Source: a virus
Lineage: Duplodnaviria; Caudoviricetes
DNA length: 64,000 nucleotides
IMG/VR virus record: IMGVR_UViG_3300011116_001227
Strand: one strand, 5' to 3'
Shown: positions 1 to 9,571 of the stretch, piece by piece
Layout of the letters: each line of letters starts with the position of its first letter
Numbering within the stretch: position 1 is the stretch's first letter
Notes under the pieces: generated by a model
The model's database searches: none
Told to the model about the DNA's origin: nothing
Seen by the model: only the letters and a program-made list of their open reading frames with translations
Translations under genes and position numbers: made by a program

Positions 1-603
1 GAATTGAGTTGGTGTTTTAAAAAACGTATTAATGTCATTTAAGAGTCTATTTGGATCTAATTTGATCGACGTGAGTCTTTGACCTTGATCAAGATTTACT
101 GACTCTGGGATTACTAGATCTACGCTTCTAAAAGGATTGTTGAGGGCATCTTTGATTTTGTCATTGATGTACACGGAAACTGTAGTGACCGAATCTGCGT
201 TTTTCTTATTTCCTTTTACGTAATCAATTGCCTTTAATGTTTGATTTATTCTTTCTGCAGATTGTGCAGAAATTTTAGTATCTACACTTCTAATTTTTGA
301 AAAGTCTCTATTGAGTTTTAATTTTGAAATAGAATTTGAAGTTAACTCAGTATTTGATGAATTTGAATTAAATTTAGAAGATTTAACTTTTGCTACAACT
401 GATTCTTGCTGAGTCGTTAATAAAGAAATAACTACTTTCTTGTAGTCGACAGGATCTATGGCAACATTATTCAGTGAAATTTTAAAAAAGAATCTTACAG
501 TAAATTTTTCTTCGCTTACATCAATTATCTGAGCAAATTCTACAGGATCGACTGAAAGAATTTGTGATAATGAATTTTTGCTGGTAACAAATTTAATAGT
601 CAT
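1..603 (-). CDS. Hypothetical protein, probably virion-associated; runs off the left edge (partial)
   Basis: Manual translation: ATG at 603-601 overlaps the stop of the upstream gene (ATGA coupling); MTIKFVTSKNSLSQILSVDPVEF... stays open for 201 codons to base 1. Absent from the ORF track because there is no stop in the window. Confidence 0.8.
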   Translation of the reverse strand, partial: MTIKFVTSKNSLSQILSVDPVEFAQIIDVSEEKFTVRFFFKISLNNVAIDPVDYKKVVISLLTTQQESVVAKVKSSKFNSNSSNTELTSNSISKLKLNRDFSKIRSVDTKISAQSAERINQTLKAIDYVKGNKKNADSVTTVSVYINDKIKDALNNPFRSVDLVIPESVNLDQGQRLTSIKLDPNRLLNDINTFFKTPTQF

Positions 604-2030
604 TCTTCGTCACCTTCACGTCTAGAAAATATTAAAGTGAACATGTTGACGTAACAGGTTGTTCCTCTATCGTCAAGAAATGTTTTTCCTGCGAAATAAA
701 CTTTATTGCTGACTACAGTAGAGTCAAAAGAATCATTTTTGACATCTCCGTAATTAATTAAGTCCAGCTTCTTTACTGTTCCATCGGCTACTTCAAATAA
801 TTGACAAAGTATGTTGTTCTTTCTTGAAGTCTCTACGAAGCTAATCTTTTCACCAAAGTAATTTGAAACTTGCTTAGAAATATCTTGAAAGCTTAATTGT
901 TTTTTATTATCTCCAAGCGGAGGATAATTTCCAAGAAGATAAGGATTAATTGCATCAAGATTAGACTTGTCTGTAACTGTTGTATCGCTTACTTTAATTA
1001 TTGGTGGAAGGTATCTAAAGTTGTCAAGATTACTTAGCTTATCATCATTAAAGATAGAATCAATTGAATTTAATGAAGGTGCATGCTTTATAACATCTTT
1101 GATAGACTTGTCAAGTCTAGAAATATCAAAATTAATTTCATTATTTGTTAAGTTAAATTTGTCTTCAAAAAAGATGGGATCTATTGTCGAGAGAGTTCTT
1201 AACTCTTGAAAATTATCGAAAGAAGAAGATAAAATTCCATCAATTTGTGAAGCAAATACAGCATTTGGAAGTTCTACTACGTCTGGTCTGCCTCCCATCA
1301 AAGATTCTTCAATAATAAATGGAAGAGAAGCCGTAAAAGATCCCATAGATCCCGTGACTAATTTTGTTGCTACTTTTTCATGACTTCCACTAATATCAGT
1401 AATGTAGATATAATTTTCTCTATCAACAGCTTCAACTTTAGGACCAGATCCTGATGATGCAATTTCAATTGATCGTTGTATTGCTGTCGTTAAATCTACA
1501 GAATTAATTCCGCCTTTAACACCCACATAAGAAAAGTCTGGTAACGAGGAAGATATTGTACCTGCTTTTACATTCTTATCAAGAATTACTGAAGAAAATT
1601 TTCCATTACTGTCGCAGTAAGAAAAACCTACTCCTGCTTCTTTAAATTTTTCTGAAATGCTTGAAACTTTAACTCTAGCACCGTAATTTATTTGATAAGC
1701 AATAGCTTTTCCATCAACAAAAGATGCAGCTACTCTTCTAGGAAGAAGCGAATCAATTCTTTGTATGTCTATTGTTTTATCTCTAAGTGGAACAATTTTT
1801 CCAGAATCATTTGCTTCAAATATGATTTGGTCTTGAGGTAAACTTTTAGCTTCTAGGTAAATTCTGTCTGTAGGATCAACGTGACCTTCAATTAAGTCAC
1901 TTTCATAAACTACATCATTGTCTGTAAAAGTAGCAAAAGACACATTGAAGGTGCCTTCCGCCATCTGTCTTCTTCCCTCGACAGTTATTATCGCGTCTAT
2001 GATTCTTGATTTACTGTCGAGAATACCCAT
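600..2030 (-). CDS. Putative virion structural protein
   Basis: 476-aa ORF. The N-terminus MGILDSKSRIIDAIITVEGRRQMAEG resembles the ILTxxGRxxLA start of phage tail-collar/baseplate proteins; function is inferred only. Confidence 0.45.
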   Translation of the reverse strand: MGILDSKSRIIDAIITVEGRRQMAEGTFNVSFATFTDNDVVYESDLIEGHVDPTDRIYLEAKSLPQDQIIFEANDSGKIVPLRDKTIDIQRIDSLLPRRVAASFVDGKAIAYQINYGARVKVSSISEKFKEAGVGFSYCDSNGKFSSVILDKNVKAGTISSSLPDFSYVGVKGGINSVDLTTAIQRSIEIASSGSGPKVEAVDRENYIYITDISGSHEKVATKLVTGSMGSFTASLPFIIEESLMGGRPDVVELPNAVFASQIDGILSSSFDNFQELRTLSTIDPIFFEDKFNLTNNEINFDISRLDKSIKDVIKHAPSLNSIDSIFNDDKLSNLDNFRYLPPIIKVSDTTVTDKSNLDAINPYLLGNYPPLGDNKKQLSFQDISKQVSNYFGEKISFVETSRKNNILCQLFEVADGTVKKLDLINYGDVKNDSFDSTVVSNKVYFAGKTFLDDRGTTCYVNMFTLIFSRREGDEE

Positions 2031-2103
2031 GAAGACATCCTAATTCGTCATCTAAAATTATATGCTTCTCAGCATACTATGCCTATAATTTAATAAGATG
2101 TCA

Positions 2104-3480
2104 TCAAAGAATCTGAGAAGCTAATGTTGCCAGTGCAGATCTTTCGCCCTTTAATAAAGTCACATGCCCTGAAACATCGTAATCTTTAAATTTTTCAATT
2201 GCGTGCGTAAGACCATTTGTAAAAGAATCAACGTGAACATTGTCAATTTGTTCAAGATCACCAGTTAAAACTATCTTCGATCCTTCTCCAGCACGTGTGA
2301 TGATAGTCTTAAGCTCATGAGTTGATAAATTTTGTGCTTCATCAATGATGATGAATGCATTAGGAATAGATCTTCCTCTGATATAAGTAATTGCTTCTAT
2401 TTCTATTAGGCCCTTCTGCTGCATTAACTCTAGATAAGGATCTGAAAAGAATGTTTGTTGATCTTCTGGCTTCTTCTTTCTATTTCTTGCAGTCATCTTT
2501 TTTCCAGCAGCAGAGCAAAGTAGATATTCAAGATTATCTCTGACTGGAGCGATCCACGGCTCCATCTTTTCCGCTAAAGTTCCTGGAAGGAATCCAATGT
2601 CCTTGCCGACAGCATGAATAGGTCTAGACACTATTAACTTTTGATAAATTCCATTTGTCCCTATTGACTCTAATTGATCTAGTCCAGCTGCTAGTGCAAG
2701 AAGCGTCTTGCCACATCCTGCTCTTCCTGAGAGAGTCACTAATTTTATGTTAGGATTCATCAGAAGATCAATAGAAAAATGTTGTTCTTTATTCCTTGGC
2801 CTTACACCAAAGATATTCTCGAATTTTTGTAGATGAACAAGAGAGCCGCTAGAATCAACTCTGCAGAGAGCTGAATTGACGTTTGTGTCTAGAGACTTAA
2901 GAACAAAAATTTGATTTGGATAAAATTTATCTTCAACTACTTCAGCAGCTTTTTTTGTCATACCGCTGTAGAATTCTTTAATAAACTCTGAAGTAGTTGT
3001 AACAACTTTAACGCCTGAATATAAAGCATCAAAGCTTTCAGAGACCCTTTGACTTAAATAGTCTTGCGCCTCAATCGATAGAGACGAGCATTTAACTCTA
3101 ACATTGATGTCCTTAGAAACCAAGAAAACTGGATTAGTACTTGTTTTCTTCATTGCTAAGGCAAAGTTAATGATCATATTGTCAACAGAAGTCGGTTCAA
3201 GTAATTCTTGCGGTGTTTCTGTTTGAACACTTGTCATTACTTTTAGAGTTCCACCGGTAGGAAGCTCCACTCCTTCTTTTAAAGACTTTCCTTTAGAAAG
3301 AGAGTCTAAGAGTCTAATAACTTCTCTACAATTTCTTCCAACTTCATCAGAACGTGTCTTGTGTTTATCAAGCTCTTCCAAGACCAACATTGGAATAATG
3401 AGGTCATTATCTTTAAAATTGTTAAAACAGTTTGGATCACTCAGTAAAACGTTTGTGTCTAGTATGTAGGTTTTTCTCAT
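2104..3480 (-). CDS. phoH: PIN domain + PhoH-family ATPase (PhoH2-like)
   Basis: N-terminal PIN motif YILDTNVLL...VLEELD...DNMII...SKDINVR; Walker A GRAGCGKT; PhoH motifs GFLPGTLAEKMEPW, RGRSIPNAFIIIDEAQN, KIVLTGDLEQID. Confidence 0.93.
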   Translation of the reverse strand: MRKTYILDTNVLLSDPNCFNNFKDNDLIIPMLVLEELDKHKTRSDEVGRNCREVIRLLDSLSKGKSLKEGVELPTGGTLKVMTSVQTETPQELLEPTSVDNMIINFALAMKKTSTNPVFLVSKDINVRVKCSSLSIEAQDYLSQRVSESFDALYSGVKVVTTTSEFIKEFYSGMTKKAAEVVEDKFYPNQIFVLKSLDTNVNSALCRVDSSGSLVHLQKFENIFGVRPRNKEQHFSIDLLMNPNIKLVTLSGRAGCGKTLLALAAGLDQLESIGTNGIYQKLIVSRPIHAVGKDIGFLPGTLAEKMEPWIAPVRDNLEYLLCSAAGKKMTARNRKKKPEDQQTFFSDPYLELMQQKGLIEIEAITYIRGRSIPNAFIIIDEAQNLSTHELKTIITRAGEGSKIVLTGDLEQIDNVHVDSFTNGLTHAIEKFKDYDVSGHVTLLKGERSALATLASQIL

Positions 3481-3540
3481 GAATCTGATCGTCTCTTGTA
3501 CAAGACTGTGTCTTAGATAAAATATACTGTTTAGAGGAAG

Positions 3541-3810
3541 ATGTCACATAAAATAGAAAAACAAAGATTACCAGTTATCGAACAGACATGTTTTGAAGTT
3601 AGCGAAAAATTTAATTGCAATTGTCAGAAAAAATCTTGCAATCAATGGATACCTTATGAGAAAGGAAATAATTGTATTTTGGTGACCACAAGAAAAGGTC
3701 CCCTAACCCTTAGAGAGATAGGGGACATTTATGGTTTGACTAGAATGAGAATCTGTCAAATAGAAAAGAAAATCTATAAGAAAATAAAAGAGCACATCGT
3801 AATGGTGTGA
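3541..3810 (+). CDS. Small sigma-70 region-4-like HTH protein with a Cys-rich N-terminus
   Basis: LTLREIGDIYGLTRMRICQIEKK matches the sigma region 4.2 pattern TLxEIGxxxGxTRERIRQIE; five Cys upstream; SD GAGGAAG before the ATG. Confidence 0.8.
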   Translation: MSHKIEKQRLPVIEQTCFEVSEKFNCNCQKKSCNQWIPYEKGNNCILVTTRKGPLTLREIGDIYGLTRMRICQIEKKIYKKIKEHIVMV

Positions 3811-3811
3811 C

Positions 3812-4081
3812 TTATTCTTTAGACTTGACTTTCTTTTTTGTTACTTTTGCTGTTGACTGTTCATTCTGCTCAAGAGTCTCTAATTGATCTTGGGCAGTTT
3901 TTTCTATTTCCGAATTATCATCATTAGATGATTTTTCGTCTTTTGTAATAGATACAGTTTCAACAGACACAACTTCTTGTTGTAATTGAATAAATTTACC
4001 ATCAGAGTAATAAAATGGTTTAGATGGATCAATTCCTTCAAGAGCCAATTGTCTTAATACTGTAAGTTGATGTCTACTCAT
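3812..4081 (-). CDS. Hypothetical protein
   Basis: 89-aa ORF with a Lys-rich tail, co-oriented directly downstream of the Hc1-like gene. Confidence 0.65.
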   Translation of the reverse strand: MSRHQLTVLRQLALEGIDPSKPFYYSDGKFIQLQQEVVSVETVSITKDEKSSNDDNSEIEKTAQDQLETLEQNEQSTAKVTKKKVKSKE

Positions 4082-4099
4082 AAAACACAGTCCAACTAA

Positions 4100-4303
4100 T
4101 CAGTCTTCAGTCTTTTTAGACTTGTCGTTCTCAAGAGTTAACTTCACAAGATCCTTAGAGGATGTTGCTAATTGACGAAGTCCTTTTCTAACTCGAACAC
4201 CAGCTGCTGCAACTCCCTTTACGTTCTTTGCAACATCAACCTCGAGTGCTTCGACAAGACCCTTTAATTCATTCCACTTGCTTAAAATTGTTTCAGATGA
4301 CAT
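4100..4303 (-). CDS. Histone H1-like (Hc1 family) nucleoid protein
   Basis: 67 aa with KGVAAAGVRVRKGL, matching the Hc1 signature KGNKAAGxRxRK; SD GGAGG upstream. Confidence 0.75.
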   Translation of the reverse strand: MSSETILSKWNELKGLVEALEVDVAKNVKGVAAAGVRVRKGLRQLATSSKDLVKLTLENDKSKKTED

Positions 4304-4325
4304 TTATTATTAACCTCCAATGGTC

Positions 4326-4354
4326 AATATAAACATAGCTGACTTATGTGTAAA
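4326..4354 (-). promoter_or_regulatory. Sigma-70-type promoter upstream of the Hc1-like gene
   Basis: Minus strand reads TTTACA-17 nt-TATATT in the intergenic gap, followed by GGAGG and ATG. Confidence 0.55.
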
Positions 4355-4372
4355 TGTCTCTAAAGTAATTTA

Positions 4373-6028
4373 TTAGACAACTTTACCAATGTGTCCTTCA
4401 AACATCCTCTTGTTTTTATTAAAAAAATTTGTCCAGTCTGAGTCAAGAATGTATGAAATTGCAAAATCATTCTCATTTCTAATGGATCTTCCCAAAGACT
4501 GAATTAATGATTTTGCTGTAGCATAGGAATACCAAGTCTCATTCTTTTCTAGTCTCTTTTTAACAACTTCGTCACCTAGATAAGGAAAAGGAACCTTGCA
4601 AATAATCTGAAATCTACTTAAATTATCTGAAAGATCTACTCCCTCCATCATAGATGGGCTAATTAAAACTGTTGGATTTTCGCTGTTAATGTGATCTTTT
4701 AAGATTTTATCTCTATTGGATACATCATGCGACAAGAGACGATCAGACTTAATTGAATCAATGAGATATTTTGAAATCTTATAGTTGACCGTGTGAATGA
4801 TTCCCTTTTCTTCTTTGTGTTTATCAAGCAACAATTTTATTGCTTCAACAAGAATCGGTAAAGTCGAATCAATCTTATTCTTAGACATGCTTCCAACAGG
4901 CATAAAATGAATAGGCCTGTTTTCGTCAGAAAAAGGGCTATGCTTTTTCATATAAGCGACGTCTGAAGGTTTTAGACCAATAGACTCACAAAAAATATCT
5001 TTGTCAACTATTGTAGCTGACATCATAAGAATTTTAGGTGCTTTTGAAAAGAGATGTTTTTCACAATAAGGAGAAACATCAACAGTTTTAAACTCAAACC
5101 TACTCATTATATTTGTGGTCTTTCCTTGACTGTACAATTTCTTTTCTAGGTTCATTACCCAACTTTTTGGATTATAAACTTCGATAAATTTTTCAACTTT
5201 TTCTTGATGCTTTTGAATCATCTCATAATTTTTAGAAGCATCTTTACACTTATTAAGTGAAGTTGTATTTTTCTTTAAAGTCGACTCAAGTTTTTCAGAA
5301 TACTTCTTGAGAGATTTTAAATAAGAAGTTTTAATCCAATCAAAAATAGATTTTTGATCTTGAGACTTTGGTGGTTTAATCTTTAAGACATCATTTGAAA
5401 ATTTTTCTGAAAAACTTACTTCAATAAACCTACCGACTTCTGACTCTACATTGTGTGCTTCGTCAATTACTAATAATCCTCTAGAACCAAGCTTACCTGA
5501 ATAAGAAGTCTCTGCCAAAAAATAAGAAAAATTAGTAATTGAAACGGATGAATCAATAAATTCTTGTTTTTCTTGACTATACTGACATTGCTTTGTGCAA
5601 TGATTCTGAAATTCTGTTCCACTTAAATTCTTAGCAAGTCTACTAAGCAACATCTTAGATTCTGCACAAGACTGGTCATCGTAAAAAGAGCAAGTATAGT
5701 TTGAAGATGACTTTATAGTTCTAAGAACAGGAAGTTTTGATCCTGGTCCAAAATCACGAACATACTGTTCTTGAAGAATCTTTTGAGTAGTTAAAACGTA
5801 CGCTCCCGTTAAAGAATCTCCATTTTCGTCTTTGATAGTAGGAAAATTATTTTCAAGATATCTTGCTATTGTAATTCCAATTGCAGATTTTCCAGTGCCA
5901 GTTCCTAGCTCTAGAAGAACATATTTCTTTCCTGACTCATAAGAATCAATAGCAAATTCAATTGCTTCTTTCTGTTCTTTTCTAATCTCTTTAAAAGGAA
6001 AATAACTTCTATAATCGTGTAGAGGCAT
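4373..6028 (-). CDS. SF2 DinG/Rad3-like DEAH helicase
   Basis: Walker A ELGTGTGKS, DEAH box, C-terminal SPSMMEGVDL...RFQIICKVPFP and QSLGRSIR; Cys cluster after motif Ia consistent with an Fe-S domain. Confidence 0.88.
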   Translation of the reverse strand: MPLHDYRSYFPFKEIRKEQKEAIEFAIDSYESGKKYVLLELGTGTGKSAIGITIARYLENNFPTIKDENGDSLTGAYVLTTQKILQEQYVRDFGPGSKLPVLRTIKSSSNYTCSFYDDQSCAESKMLLSRLAKNLSGTEFQNHCTKQCQYSQEKQEFIDSSVSITNFSYFLAETSYSGKLGSRGLLVIDEAHNVESEVGRFIEVSFSEKFSNDVLKIKPPKSQDQKSIFDWIKTSYLKSLKKYSEKLESTLKKNTTSLNKCKDASKNYEMIQKHQEKVEKFIEVYNPKSWVMNLEKKLYSQGKTTNIMSRFEFKTVDVSPYCEKHLFSKAPKILMMSATIVDKDIFCESIGLKPSDVAYMKKHSPFSDENRPIHFMPVGSMSKNKIDSTLPILVEAIKLLLDKHKEEKGIIHTVNYKISKYLIDSIKSDRLLSHDVSNRDKILKDHINSENPTVLISPSMMEGVDLSDNLSRFQIICKVPFPYLGDEVVKKRLEKNETWYSYATAKSLIQSLGRSIRNENDFAISYILDSDWTNFFNKNKRMFEGHIGKVV

Positions 6029-6071
6029 TCAAAATACAAACTATACAGCAATTTAAAGAATTACAATTCTT

Positions 6072-6677
6072 TTAGTCACCTATAATCTTGTCTACAATTC
6101 CCATTTCTATAGCTTGCTGCGGTGAAAGGTATACATCGTGACCCTTCTTCATTAATTTTTCAATTTCTACTTTAGAAAGTTTTGTTTCTTTTGAAATTGC
6201 ATCTACCATTTGATCTTGAAGACGTTTGCTTTCTTCAACATCGTTCATAATTTCAAAAATATTTCCTTGTGCCCCACCAGAAATTGGGTGCATCATAATT
6301 CTTGCTGACCTACCAATCATTCTAGTTCCCTTTTCTCCTGAGGCTAGAAGAAGAACTCCTGCTGACATGACCTTACCCAATGCAATTGTATGAACTGGAC
6401 ATGGTAGGAATTTTATCGTGTCGTACAACGTAAACATTTCGTCTACAGAACCGCCGTAAGTAGAAATAACAAGATGAATTGGATTGTGATTTTGACTAGC
6501 TAAATGAAGCATTTGTGCCATGACTGACGAAATAGATTGCTCATTAACATCACAATGAAGAATGACTAGACGAGAACTATCACCTGCATGAATCATCATT
6601 CCAGATGATTCATATTCATATGTGCTTCTTCTTGAATGAGTCTTTTTATTAGTTGGTGGTGTATATTCTCTTCCCAT
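6072..6677 (-). CDS. clpP: ClpP-family protease
   Basis: ISTYGGSV, GKVMSAG (catalytic Ser), IMMHPISGG (catalytic His), YLSPQQAIEMGIVDKI. Confidence 0.92.
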   Translation of the reverse strand: MGREYTPPTNKKTHSRRSTYEYESSGMMIHAGDSSRLVILHCDVNEQSISSVMAQMLHLASQNHNPIHLVISTYGGSVDEMFTLYDTIKFLPCPVHTIALGKVMSAGVLLLASGEKGTRMIGRSARIMMHPISGGAQGNIFEIMNDVEESKRLQDQMVDAISKETKLSKVEIEKLMKKGHDVYLSPQQAIEMGIVDKIIGD

Positions 6678-6678
6678 T

Positions 6679-6951
6679 TTATTTCTCTACTTCCTGTTCA
6701 GTCCAGTTATCTTCACCTGTAGCATAAAGTTTTGACACAAATATATCTTTTTCTTTCTTGCTCTTGATGAAATTAACCATTTCTTTCATGTCTTGGACGT
6801 CTTCTATCTCTAAACTTAAGAGATGAATCACCATCCACCTTTGTCTGTCGCTAATTCCAAATTTGTTTATTTCGTCTACAATTTGAACTGCTACTTTTTT
6901 ATCTTCAGCAATCTTTTCTGTCTGTAATTCGCCGTATAAAGATTGATTCAT
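6679..6951 (-). CDS. Hypothetical protein
   Basis: 90-aa ORF tightly packed in the minus-strand operon. Confidence 0.7.
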   Translation of the reverse strand: MNQSLYGELQTEKIAEDKKVAVQIVDEINKFGISDRQRWMVIHLLSLEIEDVQDMKEMVNFIKSKKEKDIFVSKLYATGEDNWTEQEVEK

Positions 6952-6970
6952 AACAACACCATAATTTGTA

Positions 6971-7483
6971 TTAGAAGTAATCGTTTCTAGAAAAATTTTC
7001 TATCTTAAAGAAATTTTCGCCTAAAATTCTTAGATATTTTCCTTGTCTAGTGTCTCCGTCATCTTCTTGTTCTAAAAGAACAAATGCACCCCAATCTTTA
7101 TTTTCTATTGCAAAATTTGCCTGTTCCCATACATGTAGTTCAGCTTTATATCTTTCTAAGATAGAAGCTAGATCTTTTATCATTGAAAGTTTAATATCTT
7201 CAATTGATATGATTGAAGACGCATTTTCTTTACCGCTTTGAATTTCTGAAGTACAGATGTCAGTAATCTTATGAATTATTCCACAATTATTACATTGAGC
7301 GTACTTAATATCAACATTATCAGACTCATCAATAATTGAGAAAACAATAAATTTATGACGAACAGGATCTGTAGCGTTCTTAAATTGAGGAAGCACACAT
7401 CTACATTGTATTAGATGTCTAAATCCTCTCTTTGTCTTAGACGTTTCTAAGACTTCTTTTTTTGCAATCTTTTTTTTAGCCAC
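6971..7483 (-). CDS. Hypothetical protein with Cys motifs (possible Zn binding)
   Basis: 170 aa; QCRC and QCNNCG motifs; operon context. Confidence 0.7.
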   Translation of the reverse strand: MAKKKIAKKEVLETSKTKRGFRHLIQCRCVLPQFKNATDPVRHKFIVFSIIDESDNVDIKYAQCNNCGIIHKITDICTSEIQSGKENASSIISIEDIKLSMIKDLASILERYKAELHVWEQANFAIENKDWGAFVLLEQEDDGDTRQGKYLRILGENFFKIENFSRNDYF

Positions 7484-7486
7484 GCT

Positions 7487-7786
7487 TCATTTCTTGCTTA
7501 AAGTCTTCTTATTTTCAGTCTCAAAATTAGAAGTTTGATTTAAATTTACTAGCTTCTGAACTTGACCATGAAAGCTATTAAATCCTTTTTGAAATGAATT
7601 TTCTAGAGCGCTTCCAACTAGCGTCGTAATTGTTCTTAAGTCATTTTCATTTAGAGTAAGATTACCCTTAGAAGTTTCGTCAACAATTGTTTTGACAGCA
7701 TGATCTTTTGAGTAAGTAAATAAATCAAGAGCTTCTTTACAAATTTTGTCTGCGTTATTCATGGTTGTAATCAGATAATAAGGCAA
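7487..7786 (-). CDS. Hypothetical protein
   Basis: 99-aa ORF in the operon. Confidence 0.65.
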   Translation of the reverse strand: MPYYLITTMNNADKICKEALDLFTYSKDHAVKTIVDETSKGNLTLNENDLRTITTLVGSALENSFQKGFNSFHGQVQKLVNLNQTSNFETENKKTLSKK

Positions 7787-7804
7787 TTATTGATGAAGTA
7801 AAGG

Positions 7805-8947
7805 TCATAATATTTCTCCAATATTGTTAATAACAGCTTCTAGTTTAACAGAGAATTCTTTCGCATGCTTTTCAGCATCTATCCTCTTACTCATTGCAGC
7901 TGTAATAAGCCTAATTCCTTCATCAATCTCTTGTGAAAAAGAGTAAAAGTTAATGTCGTCTGGAATTGCAATGTCTATGCTGTTTGCTGACAATGACTTT
8001 ATTCTTTTAAAAATAAATTCTTTAGATTCTTCTCTTGAATCTTCAGCTTTCTTTTTTAATCTATCTATATGAGACCTAACGACATCAGTTGTTCTAGAAT
8101 TTTTTAAAAGTATTCCATCATTTATGATCAACATAGAATCAATGTCTCTTAAATTAGACACATTAATAGAAGATATTAGTTCACCTTTAAGACAAGACAC
8201 AACATCACAACCCGCAACCACTGCAATATCAACAAGAGTATTGACGTTTTCTACGTCAAATTGAACTTTAAACGGAAAACACGTCAGAGATTCTCTGTTG
8301 TTATTTACACTAATTGTATTCAAAACATCATCGGACATTCCTCTACAGAATATAGCTAAGGGTCGACCGGTCTCGTTCGTAGAAAAATGCTGGAATAAAT
8401 GGTGAAGTTCAGAAACGTCTTCTACAAAACCGTCAATGCACACAGCTTTTAAAGACTTTATATGACTTCTTTTTTGTTTGACTAAACTTTCAACATTAAA
8501 ATGATAGCTGTTTGAAGATTCTATAAAAGTCTTATCGTTGATAGACTTTTTTAATTTTATTCTCGTATGAGCATGACATAAAGTTAAAACTTCTTTCAAT
8601 AAAGAAGAAGACTTTAAAGTTAGATTTAAGCGATCTATTTCTTTCTCTAGATCTTTTTTAGTCTTTGGTACATCTTTTTTCAGAGATAATTCTAAACTGA
8701 TACCAGAAAATATTTTTATCATCTCAGATCCAGCACCAGGACACGAACGTTCAGATTTTTCTGCAAAGTCTAAGATTATCTCAAATAATTTTTGTGTCTT
8801 CTTATCTGAAAATCGCTTGCAAAAAAGATGTTGCAACTTTCTTTGTGATCTAAGAGATCCATCTTTTTCAAATTTTAGAGAAAATTCTACATTTGAATTT
8901 TCTTTTAAAAATGATTTAATACAAGAAATTTCTTTAAAGTTAGACAC
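7805..8947 (-). CDS. Divergent, shortened GroEL/chaperonin-like protein
   Basis: RPLAIFCRGMSDDVLNTISVNN and LVDIAVVAGCDVVSCLKGE resemble the GroEL apical-domain segments [21 protein letters not shown] and LEDIAILTGGTVISEELG; 380 aa; no GDGTT motif. Confidence 0.6.
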   Translation of the reverse strand: MSNFKEISCIKSFLKENSNVEFSLKFEKDGSLRSQRKLQHLFCKRFSDKKTQKLFEIILDFAEKSERSCPGAGSEMIKIFSGISLELSLKKDVPKTKKDLEKEIDRLNLTLKSSSLLKEVLTLCHAHTRIKLKKSINDKTFIESSNSYHFNVESLVKQKRSHIKSLKAVCIDGFVEDVSELHHLFQHFSTNETGRPLAIFCRGMSDDVLNTISVNNNRESLTCFPFKVQFDVENVNTLVDIAVVAGCDVVSCLKGELISSINVSNLRDIDSMLIINDGILLKNSRTTDVVRSHIDRLKKKAEDSREESKEFIFKRIKSLSANSIDIAIPDDINFYSFSQEIDEGIRLITAAMSKRIDAEKHAKEFSVKLEAVINNIGEIL

Positions 8948-8991
8948 TAAAAATCAGTGTACAACTTTTGTAGATTCTTTTACAAGAATTT

Positions 8992-9549
8992 TTATAATTT
9001 TGTCTCAAGCCATTTAAACAAAAGCGTCAAAGCACCGCCGGCTATTGCTACTACAACCCACCTCACTGCACCAGAAATAGAATTTTTACTTTCTTGAAGA
9101 TCTTCAACATTTTTTTCTAAAGCTACAATCTTTTCAGAAGACTCTTCAGAGATTGTTTCAAGCTTTACGTCTTCTTTGTCTTTTTGTTTTTTCCACTCAT
9201 TGATCTCTATTAGCTTTTGTTCGGTTTCATTAATTTTACTAACTGTCTCTGCAGTTGTCGTATTAATCTTAGAAAAAATTCCATCGTGTGGATCGTAGAT
9301 TGCATCGTGAATTTTGTCGACTTTATCGACTAATTGTTCTTGATTTTGCTCTATTTTTTCAATTTTAAACATTAAGATATCAAAGCCGCCATTCAAAGCT
9401 GCGCTTCCGACTATCTTCTTATGAATATCTTCAAGAACTTTTTTCTTTTGAGCCGCTGGTCTTTTTGACATTGTTGTTTTTGGACTTGATTTTTTAATTG
9501 AAATCTCAGCTGATTTTATTTTTCCATCAGTTAATTTTGACATATACAA
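8992..9549 (-). CDS. Coiled-coil protein with a C-terminal transmembrane helix
   Basis: Heptad-like middle region; hydrophobic WVVVAIAGGALTLLFKW at the C-terminus; holin/XhlA-like architecture possible but unproven. Confidence 0.6.
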   Translation of the reverse strand: MYMSKLTDGKIKSAEISIKKSSPKTTMSKRPAAQKKKVLEDIHKKIVGSAALNGGFDILMFKIEKIEQNQEQLVDKVDKIHDAIYDPHDGIFSKINTTTAETVSKINETEQKLIEINEWKKQKDKEDVKLETISEESSEKIVALEKNVEDLQESKNSISGAVRWVVVAIAGGALTLLFKWLETKL

Positions 9550-9571
9550 AGTCTCGCTAGCGGTTATTTTT

